Assembly: GCA_964406735.1 (NCBI GenBank)
Contig: CAYOSU010000003.1
Span: forward strand, 24,866-88,865
Direction of reading: 5' to 3'
From: an uncultured Clostridia bacterium
GTDB lineage: Bacteria; Bacillota; Clostridia; Christensenellales; CAMQZB01
Length of the DNA stretch: 64,000 nucleotides
This document shows positions 47,801-55,510 of the stretch, piece by piece; position 1 is the stretch's first letter, and every line of letters begins with the position of its first letter. Both the position numbers and the translations under genes were made by a program. The notes beneath the pieces are model-generated. The model had not been told where the DNA came from. It saw only the letters and a program-made list of their open reading frames with translations, and ran no database searches.

Positions 47801-48659
47801 TGTAACCGTTGTCGCCTGCGGGATTATTTCTGTCGGGATAAAGAATGCTTCTTGCGTCGGGCTTTTGCTGCTGATAATAATCGTTATCATTCTGCATAGG
47901 TTGCGGAGCATAGCCACCGTTTTGGTTGAATAGGTTATTTCCGCCAAAATCGGTCGTAACGGTCTTTTGATAAGGAAGATCTGTAAGTCTGTCGCCCAAA
48001 TTGACTTTATTTGCCCTATACGACTCGTTGATATAGCCGTTGTTGTTTGTCGGAGCGTTTCTGTTTGTACGTTGCCTGTTATTCGGCATTTTATTACGCT
48101 TATCAAAGACGTTTTTCTTGAGATCAGAAGCAATGCCCAAAGCGCCGCCGATAAATATTATACCCGACAAAGCGTAAGCACCACCGACAGTCAAATATTT
48201 AACGGGGAAATAAATTATTGCAGACATAACGACTCCGCCTGCGGACGCACCTTTATATCCCAAGCCGTTCAAATAGTAGGTATGTTCGATAAAATCAGAG
48301 AACGTAAAGCTTTGAGCCTTTATAATAACGCTGTTCGACGTCCAGACCTCGAGCGCTATCATTGCAGATAAAAGCAACAGCGAGACGGAAAAGATAAGCA
48401 TCGACCTCGTCTTATTCTTGTTGACGAAAAGCATCAACACGCTCGAAACGAAGATCGCCGCCGAAAAAACGTAAGCCGAAAATCCGAATATACCAAGGAG
48501 CATATTGGCAAACGCCGAGCCGAACTCGCCGAGAAGCGCGTTCCCCGTAACAAGTACGATAAACACGATCGCAGAAAGTATCAGCATCAATACGTTAAAC
48601 GCCTCCTTTATTCCGGAGCTTTTTATCTCTTCTTCTTGTTGTTCAAATTGTTTATTCAT
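44895..48659 (-). CDS. ftsK: DNA translocase FtsK/SpoIIIE with a very long low-complexity linker
   Basis: 1254 aa. N-terminal TM helices (residues about 20-180), Walker A GSTGTGKS, Walker B IVIIVDEVADL, and a C-terminal winged-helix gamma domain (SIGYARAGRYIDAMEKLGYIS). Confidence 0.9.
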   Translation of the reverse strand: MNKQFEQQEEEIKSSGIKEAFNVLMLILSAIVFIVLVTGNALLGEFGSAFANMLLGIFGFSAYVFSAAIFVSSVLMLFVNKNKTRSMLIFSVSLLLLSAMIALEVWTSNSVIIKAQSFTFSDFIEHTYYLNGLGYKGASAGGVVMSAIIYFPVKYLTVGGAYALSGIIFIGGALGIASDLKKNVFDKRNKMPNNRQRTNRNAPTNNNGYINESYRANKVNLGDRLTDLPYQKTVTTDFGGNNLFNQNGGYAPQPMQNDNDYYQQQKPDARSILYPDRNNPAGDNGYINNQQYSRPEQEQNFNNQGFNAPTQSIFDDRQPQNNNRLFIFNASKDNHLKEKSRREVKEDKQRKAKDILYPSQDENDGGFEVNNYNRPKDLSRNRIEEKRVTNESLDDVFDRNFGRQERSISSNDYSDRRIDLINKPSNDDIPSNMIGSSSDDFRTKRLRSFEDEKPVERSYRSYDDNDEYSSVSRNEIKEEPKKEPQKPVDNSDDGFRIIKPKTMPKIFTLADVKKEDGEEKKEEAKENTDEKFSITTPKETPHYTKEDYENNTKEFKELLSSGKIHAAEIDISAIQDYDYNKTMPKDPSKIKILSSIEQVGGTKKKEETKGSFDLLDMLKDVSDNGNRSEIIPLHNTDSNDLDGILQDINLDDDMDREDAKIIFSDEHEEIERKTPDFLTADIHEERELKDFVMSDTTANEALTDTYEEPENKTTAGANFYQIKEPKIVKTTTGTTASQLPIIAKAEQPKPNNTQPEPQTQNKIVRTPYKRPPIEFLASSPLVSDDNSAEIEEKSRKLEKILASFDIGARVVDTVVGPVVTRYELEIEEGTSVKKVEQYSKDITMGLESPSEVIIQAPIPGKNRFGVEVPNRKRTKVMMRDLVESEIFTNHKSSVVFALGKDVAGKMMYCDIKKMPHLLVAGSTGTGKSVCLNSILISILYHSSPEDVRIILVDPKRVEFNIYAGLPHLLINELINDSAKAISALDWAIAEMERRFTLFQNSRARDLDSYNETLDLTVQKKLPRIVIIVDEVADLMSDNKRELEDRIKRLAAKARAAGIHLVLATQRPSVDVITGVIKANLPSRIALKVANGIDSKTILDETGAERLLGYGDMFYKPLDFPDKVRVQGCLVETEEVVNIVNYIIANNPAEFDEEAAKAINAPKNQPDDDFDNDGGSTNIDPRQDEYLKDFVRMAIEKKQISVSMVQRSKSIGYARAGRYIDAMEKLGYISSFNGSKPREVYITPEQFEKEFGEEF

Positions 48660-48729
48660 ATCTTAAAATACCTTATACCGTTTATGATCCAAAAGCAATA
48701 CAAAACGCTTTTATAGACCTTGCTACCTT

Positions 48730-48758
48730 ATTATACAATATCGCAGACAAAATATCAA
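48730..48758 (-). promoter_or_regulatory. sigma-A promoter for ftsK
   Basis: The minus strand reads TTGATA-N17-TATAAT, about 70 nt upstream of the ftsK ATG. Confidence 0.6.
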
Positions 48759-48765
48759 GTTGATT

Positions 48766-49152
48766 TTAATTTTTACTGTCCAATATATTGTACCCTTGCT
48801 TTTTACTCTTTCCAAGCTGTCTATCGAAATTCTCTTTGTTTTTGTCGACGTAAAAAGAGAACAACTCCTCTGCAGTCATTCCAGCAGACAGACACATCGA
48901 AACGAAGAAATGCAATATATCGGTAAGCTCGCCTTTAACCAAGTTAGGATCGACCTCTTTAGGGTTCTTCCACCACTTGAAATTCACCTCGTCAAGAAGC
49001 TCCGAAAGCTCCGAAATAGTCGCAAGCACCTTTTTCTGTATCCATTCCTCGTCGGAAAACTTGCCGTTGAGGTCGCGCTTGTTCTTTATATCGTCGTCAA
49101 GCATTTTCTGCATAGAAAATATCTGCTCGAGCATATCGTATTCTCTTTCCAT
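48766..49152 (-). CDS. all-alpha NTP pyrophosphohydrolase, dimeric-dUTPase-like
   Basis: 128 aa. MQKMLDDDI...LATISELSELLDEVNFKWWK...ELTDILHFFVS is the pattern I associate with the dimeric dUTPase/MazG-like family. GGAG SD. Confidence 0.6.
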   Translation of the reverse strand: MEREYDMLEQIFSMQKMLDDDIKNKRDLNGKFSDEEWIQKKVLATISELSELLDEVNFKWWKNPKEVDPNLVKGELTDILHFFVSMCLSAGMTAEELFSFYVDKNKENFDRQLGKSKKQGYNILDSKN

Positions 49153-49156
49153 TTTA

Positions 49157-50416
49157 TTATTCTCCTTTTATCGCTTTCATTATATCGCAATAGCTTTTAC
49201 CGACCAAAGACGCGGAAACGTTACTTAAGTCGCAATAATCGTCTATTATATCACAAACCTCGTCGTAGGTTATTGATTTCATTCGTTTGATCCTGTTTTC
49301 CATATTGAAAAGCTCGTCCGAAAATAGCATTGCTTTTCCGTATATATTCATAATGCTGACGGTGTTTTCCTGAGAAAACAGATATGCTCCCACCGTTTGC
49401 GCTTTACCTCGCTCAAACTCTTCTTTTGTGATCTTGTCCTTTTTAAGCTTCAAAAACTCTGTTTTGATAGCCTCCGTCGTTTGAAGTACGTTTTTGGGAT
49501 TAACTCCTGCGTAAACGACGTTCGTACCGCAGTTGGCGTATACGGAATTATAGGAAAGCACGGTGTAGGCAAGCCCTTTTTCCTCTCGAATTGACCTAAA
49601 GAGCCTTGAAGTCATCGTTCCACCGAAGATATTACCGAGTATCATATAGTGATAGGTCTTAGGGTCGTTATATGGTATCGCCTTTTGAGCAAACGCCAAG
49701 TGGCACTGCTCGATGTCTTTTTCTTTGTAGGAAAAAGCGTTGTTAGGCGTCGGAATCGACGGTTTTGGAAGAATAAAACTGTCGTTAGGGTTTTGATTCA
49801 CGAAATATTTTTCGATAAGCTCAGCCGCTTTTTCGGGGTCAAAATGCCCTGCGATCGAGATGACTATGTTATTCGGCGCATAATTTGACTTCATATACTT
49901 TTCGATATCAGCTTTATTTATGCGCTCGATATTTTCTCTTGGTCCAAGTATTGCTTGTCCGAGCGTATGATCGCCAAAGTATGCGGAAGAAAGCTGCTCC
50001 AGACAAACGTCGTCGGGAGTATCTTCAGTCATTGCTATCTCCTCTAAGACCACGCCTCGCTCCTTATCAAGCTCGGCTTTCTCAAAGAGAGAATTTAAGA
50101 GCATATCGGAAAGAAGATCGAGCGACGTTTCAAGATATTCGGGCGTCGTCTTTGTGTAATAGCATGTATATTCCTTTGAAGTATATGCGTTTATCTGACC
50201 GCCGATAGAGTCTATCGCATCGGATATTTCAAATGAATCACGGTTCTTTGTCCCCTTGAAGAGAGTATGCTCGATAAAGTGCGAAATGCCGTTATTTTCG
50301 GCGTTTTCGTATACACACCCTGCATCTATCAACATACCGATCGCAACGGAATACATGCCATCTATCGGGACCAAAACCGCTCTGAGACCGTTTTTAAATA
50401 CTATTTTTCTTTCCAT
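49157..50416 (-). CDS. M16-family (insulinase-like) zinc peptidase
   Basis: Inverted zinc motif HFIEH. The likely start is MERKIVFKNG at 50416, overlapping the upstream stop (TAATG). The track ORF's extra 59 N-terminal aa overlap the deacetylase gene. Confidence 0.85.
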   Translation of the reverse strand: MERKIVFKNGLRAVLVPIDGMYSVAIGMLIDAGCVYENAENNGISHFIEHTLFKGTKNRDSFEISDAIDSIGGQINAYTSKEYTCYYTKTTPEYLETSLDLLSDMLLNSLFEKAELDKERGVVLEEIAMTEDTPDDVCLEQLSSAYFGDHTLGQAILGPRENIERINKADIEKYMKSNYAPNNIVISIAGHFDPEKAAELIEKYFVNQNPNDSFILPKPSIPTPNNAFSYKEKDIEQCHLAFAQKAIPYNDPKTYHYMILGNIFGGTMTSRLFRSIREEKGLAYTVLSYNSVYANCGTNVVYAGVNPKNVLQTTEAIKTEFLKLKKDKITKEEFERGKAQTVGAYLFSQENTVSIMNIYGKAMLFSDELFNMENRIKRMKSITYDEVCDIIDDYCDLSNVSASLVGKSYCDIMKAIKGE

Positions 50417-51123
50417 TATTCTCCTATGACCTCGCTGACAGTTCTTGCCACGAGCCCTTTTTTCAATAATTCTTCGCAGATCGTCGTAAGAGCCTCTGCC
50501 GTTTCCTTCGTCGGATGCATTAATACGAGATCGCCACCGGACGCATATTTCAAAGCACGCTCTGTTATAACTTTTACGTCGTGATCTCTCCAATCGATCG
50601 TATCACGAGTCCACATGATAGTTTTCATAGAAAGCGACTCGGCTGCGTTTAACGTCGTTGAAGAATAACTTCCCGACGGCGGAGCAAAAAGCGTTATCTT
50701 ATACCCCGTCAATGCAAGCACTATATCGTTGCAGTTTTTTATCTCGGCGATGTTGGTCTTTTCGTCGCATTTAGCCATATCTTTGTGATAAAAGCCATGA
50801 TTGCCTATTTCATGCCCCTCGGATAATATTCTCAAAAGAAGCTCTTCGTTTGCGGCAGCCCAGCTTCCGCCGACGAAAAAGGTCGCAGTGAAACCGCACG
50901 ATGCAAGCGTGTCGAGTATATAAGGTATGTTTTCACTTCCTTGATATACGTTGAACATCAAAGCAACTTTGTTTGAATCGGGATCACCCATCGAGATCGG
51001 CGTATTGACGTCGTCTAAAAAAGTATACCATACACCACTATAAAAACATATTAGTATTATAAAGCAAATTGCAAGAAATATCAAGACATTACAAACAATA
51101 TTTGAAAAGGTTTTGTGCGACAC
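50416..51123 (-). CDS. polysaccharide deacetylase (NodB homology, YlxY/PdaB-like)
   Basis: N-terminal TM helix, HEIGNHGFYH His motif, GTG start with GGAGGG SD. It sits upstream of the M16 peptidase, as Bacillus ylxY-mlpA do. Confidence 0.8.
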   Translation of the reverse strand: MSHKTFSNIVCNVLIFLAICFIILICFYSGVWYTFLDDVNTPISMGDPDSNKVALMFNVYQGSENIPYILDTLASCGFTATFFVGGSWAAANEELLLRILSEGHEIGNHGFYHKDMAKCDEKTNIAEIKNCNDIVLALTGYKITLFAPPSGSYSSTTLNAAESLSMKTIMWTRDTIDWRDHDVKVITERALKYASGGDLVLMHPTKETAEALTTICEELLKKGLVARTVSEVIGE

Positions 51124-51171
51124 CGTTCTACCCTCCGTATTTATTCGTTTTTACCTATAAATCCTATTTTG

Positions 51172-51189
51172 TTTTATGCATAAATATTC
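51172..51189 (-). repeat. dispersed motif copy (the minus strand reads ATTTATGCATAAAA at 51185-51172)
   Basis: The 14-mer is identical to 36823-36836. It lies 49 nt upstream of the deacetylase GTG. Confidence 0.6.
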
Positions 51190-51218
51190 TGTTTTGAACT
51201 GTTTTGGGCTGTTTTTTT
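51189..51218. repeat. three tandem 10-bp units CTGTTTTGAA / CTGTTTTGGG / CTGTTTTTTT
   Basis: Read directly from the sequence. Exact 10-bp phasing of T-tracts, upstream of the deacetylase promoter region. Confidence 0.7.
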
Positions 51219-51223
51219 GCATT

Positions 51224-51246
51224 AAAAAAGGGCGATTGCTCGTCCT
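51224..51246 (-). terminator. rho-independent terminator of the small-ORF operon
   Basis: The minus strand reads AGGACGA-GCAA-TCGCCCT (one G-U), then TTTTT. Confidence 0.6.
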
Positions 51247-51269
51247 GTGATTGTGCTGTTTTTATTTTG

Positions 51270-51494
51270 CTATGAACGCCATCGTTCTAAGACTTCATCC
51301 GTCACCTCTTCAACGGGAATGCCTAATCTTTTCGCAAGGGCAGCTTTCCTTTCTTCGATTGGGTCTTCGATTATGTCGTCGTAACCACGACAACGCATTG
51401 CATCTTCACGTAAAACTCTTGCGTACTCTGGTTTTTCTGCTTCAATCTCGTCAGCTATCCGTTCGTACTCTTTTGCCAATTCTTCATTGGTCAT
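51270..51494 (-). CDS. 74-aa acidic hypothetical protein, paralogue of the 71-aa neighbour
   Basis: SD GGAAGAGGT 7 nt upstream of the ATG, with a terminator downstream. It aligns along its length with the 51561-51776 product. Confidence 0.55.
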   Translation of the reverse strand: MTNEELAKEYERIADEIEAEKPEYARVLREDAMRCRGYDDIIEDPIEERKAALAKRLGIPVEEVTDEVLERWRS

Positions 51495-51560
51495 TTCATT
51501 ACCTCTTCCATCATTTTATTTATTTTCTCGGGCAAACGCTCTTTCCCGATGTGCTTTATT

Positions 51561-51776
51561 TTAGTCGTCAAGATCATCTTCATTCTCGACACCCATTCGC
51601 CTTGCTTGCGACTTTTTTCTTTCGTCTTGGTTTATTATGATTACATCAGGTTTTAATGCAGCAAACTGCAATCTCCATCGTTGAGCCAATTCTGGGTCTT
51701 TTTTTTCAGCTTCCTTAAACATTTTTTCCATTATTACGTTTTCTTCTTCCCACGTCATGTCTTTAATATTTTTCAT
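51561..51776 (-). CDS. 71-aa acidic hypothetical protein, paralogue of the 74-aa neighbour
   Basis: SD GACGAGGTG 5 nt upstream of the ATG. Shared pattern: MT.EE...E..E.E..PE.A..R...II...ERK..A.R.G. Confidence 0.55.
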   Translation of the reverse strand: MKNIKDMTWEEENVIMEKMFKEAEKKDPELAQRWRLQFAALKPDVIIINQDERKKSQARRMGVENEDDLDD

Positions 51777-51894
51777 TTAACACCTCGTCCATTATATTAT
51801 CTATTCTAAAAGCAACGATAACGTGTCGTTTCTTTCATTGATTGGTAGCTTACTCTTTCTTTTTGCAGTATGTGATCGAAATATCTAAGACTTT

Positions 51895-52089
51895 CTAGCT
51901 TTCATCGGCCGTTGACATTCTCAATTCGTTGCCGTTATCAAAAATTACAAGAGGATAACCGACACAAACTTCACCACCAAGAAAGTAGGGTTCATATACA
52001 TCCATTCCTTCGTATTTGATCGGGAGCTTTTTAACCTTATCATATCCTTTGTTTATTGCAAACTCTTTTATTTCTCTTATATCACGCAT
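51895..52089 (-). CDS. 64-aa hypothetical protein
   Basis: First ORF downstream of the 52117-52145 promoter. The SD is weak (ACGG). Sequence: MRDIREIKEFAINKGYDKVKKLPIKYEGMDVYEPYFLGGEVCVGYPLVIFDNGNELRMSTADES. Confidence 0.45.
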   Translation of the reverse strand: MRDIREIKEFAINKGYDKVKKLPIKYEGMDVYEPYFLGGEVCVGYPLVIFDNGNELRMSTADES

Positions 52090-52116
52090 TTTTTAACCGT
52101 TAGTTTTGATGCTTTA

Positions 52117-52145
52117 ATTATAGCGCATTTTTTGCACGATTTCAA
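52117..52145 (-). promoter_or_regulatory. consensus-like sigma-A promoter of the small-ORF operon
   Basis: The minus strand reads TTGAAA-N17-TATAAT. The -10 is preceded by ATGCGC. Confidence 0.7.
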
Positions 52146-52218
52146 TTTTGGTTATCCGTTTTATTGGACAGTGTTGCGTATTTTAAGCTTTTTTGTAAAA
52201 AAATCTCATTAAATTAAT

Positions 52219-52251
52219 TAAAAAACCGCCCTGTTTAGTATTAAGGGCGGT
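52219..52251 (-). terminator. rho-independent terminator after the tetR-family gene
   Basis: The minus strand reads ACCGCCC-N13-GGGCGGT, then TTTTTT. Confidence 0.75.
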
Positions 52252-52264
52252 AAAATAAATTTTC

Positions 52265-52882
52265 TCAAACAAATTGTTTCAGTATTTCTTTTATCTTTTC
52301 GGGGCGTTCCAAGCGAGCTAAGTGTAAACAGGCGTTTATTATTATCTCTCTCACAGGCTCGCCGAGGTTGTTTGCGTTCATATTTGGTTCAAAAGCAAAA
52401 TAGTTCATCAGCGTCGTTTGAACTGCGGCACAAATATCTGCTTCAAGCTCCCGATTAGAAGAGGTATCACTTTGAGACAACTCGTCTAAATAACTCTTTT
52501 TGAAAAGCTCTCGAAACCTTTTTTGAATATCGATCGTATCGGTATGAATGTTCCAAAGCGCTCGGAATTCTCTATGATCCTTCGAAAATTGACACCAAAG
52601 CTCATTTTGAGCCATTTGGTCCAATTGCCCAGAGGTACTATCTCTACGAACACGCTCGATAAGCGACGTAAACTCCTCTATCGTTTGCTCTTGCAGCAAT
52701 TCAGCTATTTCATATTTATCCTTGAAGTGCTTATAAAAAGTATAGCGGCTTACTAACGCCTCGTCCATAATATCTTGCACGGTTATCTTATCAAATGGTA
52801 TTTTCTCTGAGAGCATTAAAAATGCGCTTATTATCGCCTTGTGTGTTCGTTTATATTGCAGATTATTGCCCATATACACCAC
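52265..52882 (-). CDS. TetR/AcrR-family transcriptional regulator
   Basis: 205 aa. N-terminal HTH (ITVQDIMDEALVSRYTFYKHFKDKYE) and an all-helical C-domain. Divergent from the GH2 gene. Confidence 0.85.
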   Translation of the reverse strand: MVYMGNNLQYKRTHKAIISAFLMLSEKIPFDKITVQDIMDEALVSRYTFYKHFKDKYEIAELLQEQTIEEFTSLIERVRRDSTSGQLDQMAQNELWCQFSKDHREFRALWNIHTDTIDIQKRFRELFKKSYLDELSQSDTSSNRELEADICAAVQTTLMNYFAFEPNMNANNLGEPVREIIINACLHLARLERPEKIKEILKQFV

Positions 52883-52902
52883 TCCTCAAAAAAAACAAAT
52901 CA

Positions 52903-52915
52903 AAACATAATGTTT
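52903..52915. promoter_or_regulatory. candidate TetR operator palindrome AAACAT-A-ATGTTT
   Basis: Perfect 6-1-6 palindrome in the tetR/GH2 divergent region. A second one, GTTTT-CATC-AAAAC, lies about 25 bp downstream. Confidence 0.3.
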
Positions 52916-52976
52916 GGCTTTTGATAGTATACCATAGTTTTCATCAAAACACAAACTCATTTTGAAAAAATGTTTA

Positions 52977-53005
52977 TTGAATTAAAAAAGCCAGTTTGAT
53001 ATAAT
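52977..53005 (+). promoter_or_regulatory. sigma-A promoter for the GH2 gene
   Basis: TTGAAT-N17-TATAAT, followed by AAGGAGG SD. Confidence 0.65.
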
Positions 53006-53035
53006 TATCGTAGACGATCATAAGGAGGAATATAA

Positions 53036-55453
53036 ATGAAATCGATAAAGCTAAACAACGGTTGGAGATTTAATGACTTTACTTTCGGAAGATCTGCCGT
53101 TGTTAATCTTCCGCACGATGCAACGATCGGTACGGAGCGTGAAAAAGACGGTCATCCGTACTTTTTGAACGTTGGATTTAAGGGTGTTCACTGCACCTAC
53201 GAAAAGACGATCTTCATACCGAAAGAGTATGAAAACAAAGCGTTATACCTTGAATTTGAAGGAGTATACCGTGATTTCGTCGTTACGGTAAACGGCAAAG
53301 AGGTGTTAAACGAAAGCTTTGGTTATATACCTTACGAGGTGCGTATCGACGAGTTCGTAAAATTCGACTCTGATAACGAGATCAAGGTCGAGGTCAACAC
53401 GCCTGAAAAGCACCATAACCGTTGGTACGCAGGCAGCGGAATATATCAAGACGTTTATCTCCATGTCGCAGAAAAAGAACATATCGCTCTTCACGGTGTA
53501 AGGGTTACGACTCTTTCCCACTCACCTGCAAAAATTCAAGTAGAGTCTGAAATTATCGGAAGCGGAGACGTTAAAATAGAAATACTTGACGGTGAAAATA
53601 TCGTTGCTACCGCAAACGGCGATAACATCGAGCTTGACGTTCCGAACGCAAAGCTTTGGTCGGCAGAAACGCCGTATCTTTATACCGCAAGGATAACGCT
53701 TTCTAAAAATAATAACGTTATAGATACGACGGAGCAAGTATTCGGTATCAGAACGCTAAAATGGACTCCCGAAGAGGGCTTTTTGGTAAACGGCGTCAGA
53801 ACGCTACTTAAAGGCGGCTGCATCCACAACGACAACGGCGTTATCGGCATGATCGCAAACCGTGTTACCGAGGAGCGCAGAGTCAAGAACATAAAAGCGA
53901 GTGGCTTTAATGCACTGCGCAGTGCCCATCATCCGATGTCCCCTGCCCTTCTTGAAATGTGCGACAAATACGGTCTTTACGTTATGGACGAATCGTTCGA
54001 CGTTTGGTATCGCATGAAGCAAATGAACGGTTTCCACCTCAAATTCATGGAGTTTTATGAGGACGTAACAGCGAAAATGGCGAAAAAAGACTATAATCAC
54101 CCTTGCGTTGTTATGTACTCTATCGGCAATGAGATCAACGAAATAGGCTCGTTAAAGGGCGTAAAAGTCGGTACGAGAATGATCGAGATCATCCGTTCTA
54201 TCGACCCTACACGCCCGATAGTTCTTTGCCCGAGCATGAAGATGGCAAGACATTTCGTAACCGACGTTCCGTACGCAACTATGGACGAGGACGAATACTT
54301 AGCGCAAGGCGAAGACTACGTTAAAAAAGACTTCGATCATTACATTTGGCTTTATACTAAAGCGATATCAAATATCCCCGGCACGAAAGACGATCCGTAC
54401 CCAATGAAGATACGAGAAGAAGACGAGGCTTGTACTTCAAGACTTTATAATCAGCTTACGGTTGCAGGCTATAACTACTATTCTGCCAACTTCGACGTTT
54501 TGCACGACATTCACCCCGAGCGTTTGCTCGTCGGAACTGAAACTCGCGGACATCTTATTTACGACAACTGGAACTATATCAAGGAGCATCCGTACGCTAT
54601 CGGCGATTTCATCTGGACTCTTCAAGACCATATCGGTGAAGCTAACGTTTGTGGAAGAAGCTATGCAGTTGACGGCAAAGAGACCAACGATCCGAAGATC
54701 AAAGGCAGAGATTATCCGTGGCTTCTTAACGACGGCGGCGTAATAGACTTACTCGGTCATACACTCCCCTCCGTCCATAAATTCCGCATGTGCTGGGGCG
54801 AAGAAAAAGGTATATTCTTAGCGTCTCAGCCACCCATTCATGACGGTGTAGCGGTAAATTACGACTGCTACAAGTGGTCTGACGGAATCGATTGCTGGAG
54901 CTACGACGGCTACGAAGGCAAGCCTACGTTCGTAGACGTATATTCGGATGCAAGCGAGGTTGAAGTTTTCGTGAACGGTCACTCTATCGGAAGACAAAAG
55001 CCCGTACAGTATTTTGCCAAGTTCGCTTGTACCTACGAGCCCGGTGAGCTTGTTGGCGTTGGATACGACGAAAACGGCAATGAGATATACCGTACAAAAA
55101 TGGTAAGCGCAAATAAGGACACGAGGATCACCCTCACGCCCGACAAGAGAACGCTTAAAGCCGACGGACAAGACTTCGTATTCGTCAACGTCGATCTTAC
55201 GGACTCTGACGGAATTATCAAAGCACTTCCCGAAAGAGAGCTTACTGTTACCGTATCAGGTCCTTTAGAGCTTCAAGGCTTCGGTAACGCAGAACCGGTT
55301 ACGGAAGAAAGCTATTGCGATAACGTACATACTACTTGCAACGGTCGTGCGCTTGCAGTTTTCAGAAGCAAAGCCGACGTCGGTACTGCAGTCATAACAG
55401 TCCATGCTGACGGCTTGGAGGATTCAATTCTCACTATCGAAGTAAAAGACTAA
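53036..55453 (+). CDS. glycoside hydrolase family 2 enzyme (beta-galactosidase/beta-glucuronidase-like)
   Basis: 805 aa. GH2 sugar-binding and Ig-like N-domains, TIM-barrel motifs NALRSAHHP and YSIGNE (acid/base), and C-terminal Ig-like domains. Confidence 0.85.
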   Translation: MKSIKLNNGWRFNDFTFGRSAVVNLPHDATIGTEREKDGHPYFLNVGFKGVHCTYEKTIFIPKEYENKALYLEFEGVYRDFVVTVNGKEVLNESFGYIPYEVRIDEFVKFDSDNEIKVEVNTPEKHHNRWYAGSGIYQDVYLHVAEKEHIALHGVRVTTLSHSPAKIQVESEIIGSGDVKIEILDGENIVATANGDNIELDVPNAKLWSAETPYLYTARITLSKNNNVIDTTEQVFGIRTLKWTPEEGFLVNGVRTLLKGGCIHNDNGVIGMIANRVTEERRVKNIKASGFNALRSAHHPMSPALLEMCDKYGLYVMDESFDVWYRMKQMNGFHLKFMEFYEDVTAKMAKKDYNHPCVVMYSIGNEINEIGSLKGVKVGTRMIEIIRSIDPTRPIVLCPSMKMARHFVTDVPYATMDEDEYLAQGEDYVKKDFDHYIWLYTKAISNIPGTKDDPYPMKIREEDEACTSRLYNQLTVAGYNYYSANFDVLHDIHPERLLVGTETRGHLIYDNWNYIKEHPYAIGDFIWTLQDHIGEANVCGRSYAVDGKETNDPKIKGRDYPWLLNDGGVIDLLGHTLPSVHKFRMCWGEEKGIFLASQPPIHDGVAVNYDCYKWSDGIDCWSYDGYEGKPTFVDVYSDASEVEVFVNGHSIGRQKPVQYFAKFACTYEPGELVGVGYDENGNEIYRTKMVSANKDTRITLTPDKRTLKADGQDFVFVNVDLTDSDGIIKALPERELTVTVSGPLELQGFGNAEPVTEESYCDNVHTTCNGRALAVFRSKADVGTAVITVHADGLEDSILTIEVKD

Positions 55454-55470
55454 ACAACATCAACAATAAA

Positions 55471-55510
55471 AAAGCCGCGTAAGAGCAAAACTTACGCGGC
55501 TTTGATTTTA
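55471..55510. terminator. bidirectional rho-independent terminator (GH2 / pnp)
   Basis: AAAGCCGCGTAAG-N7-CTTACGCGGCTTT with A-run and T-run flanks. Confidence 0.8.

Noticed and set aside
51251-51640. A 129-aa plus-strand ORF across the small-ORF operon.
   Set aside because: It lies antisense to two ORFs that have SDs, a promoter and a terminator in the minus orientation. It has no SD and would run into the minus-strand terminator.
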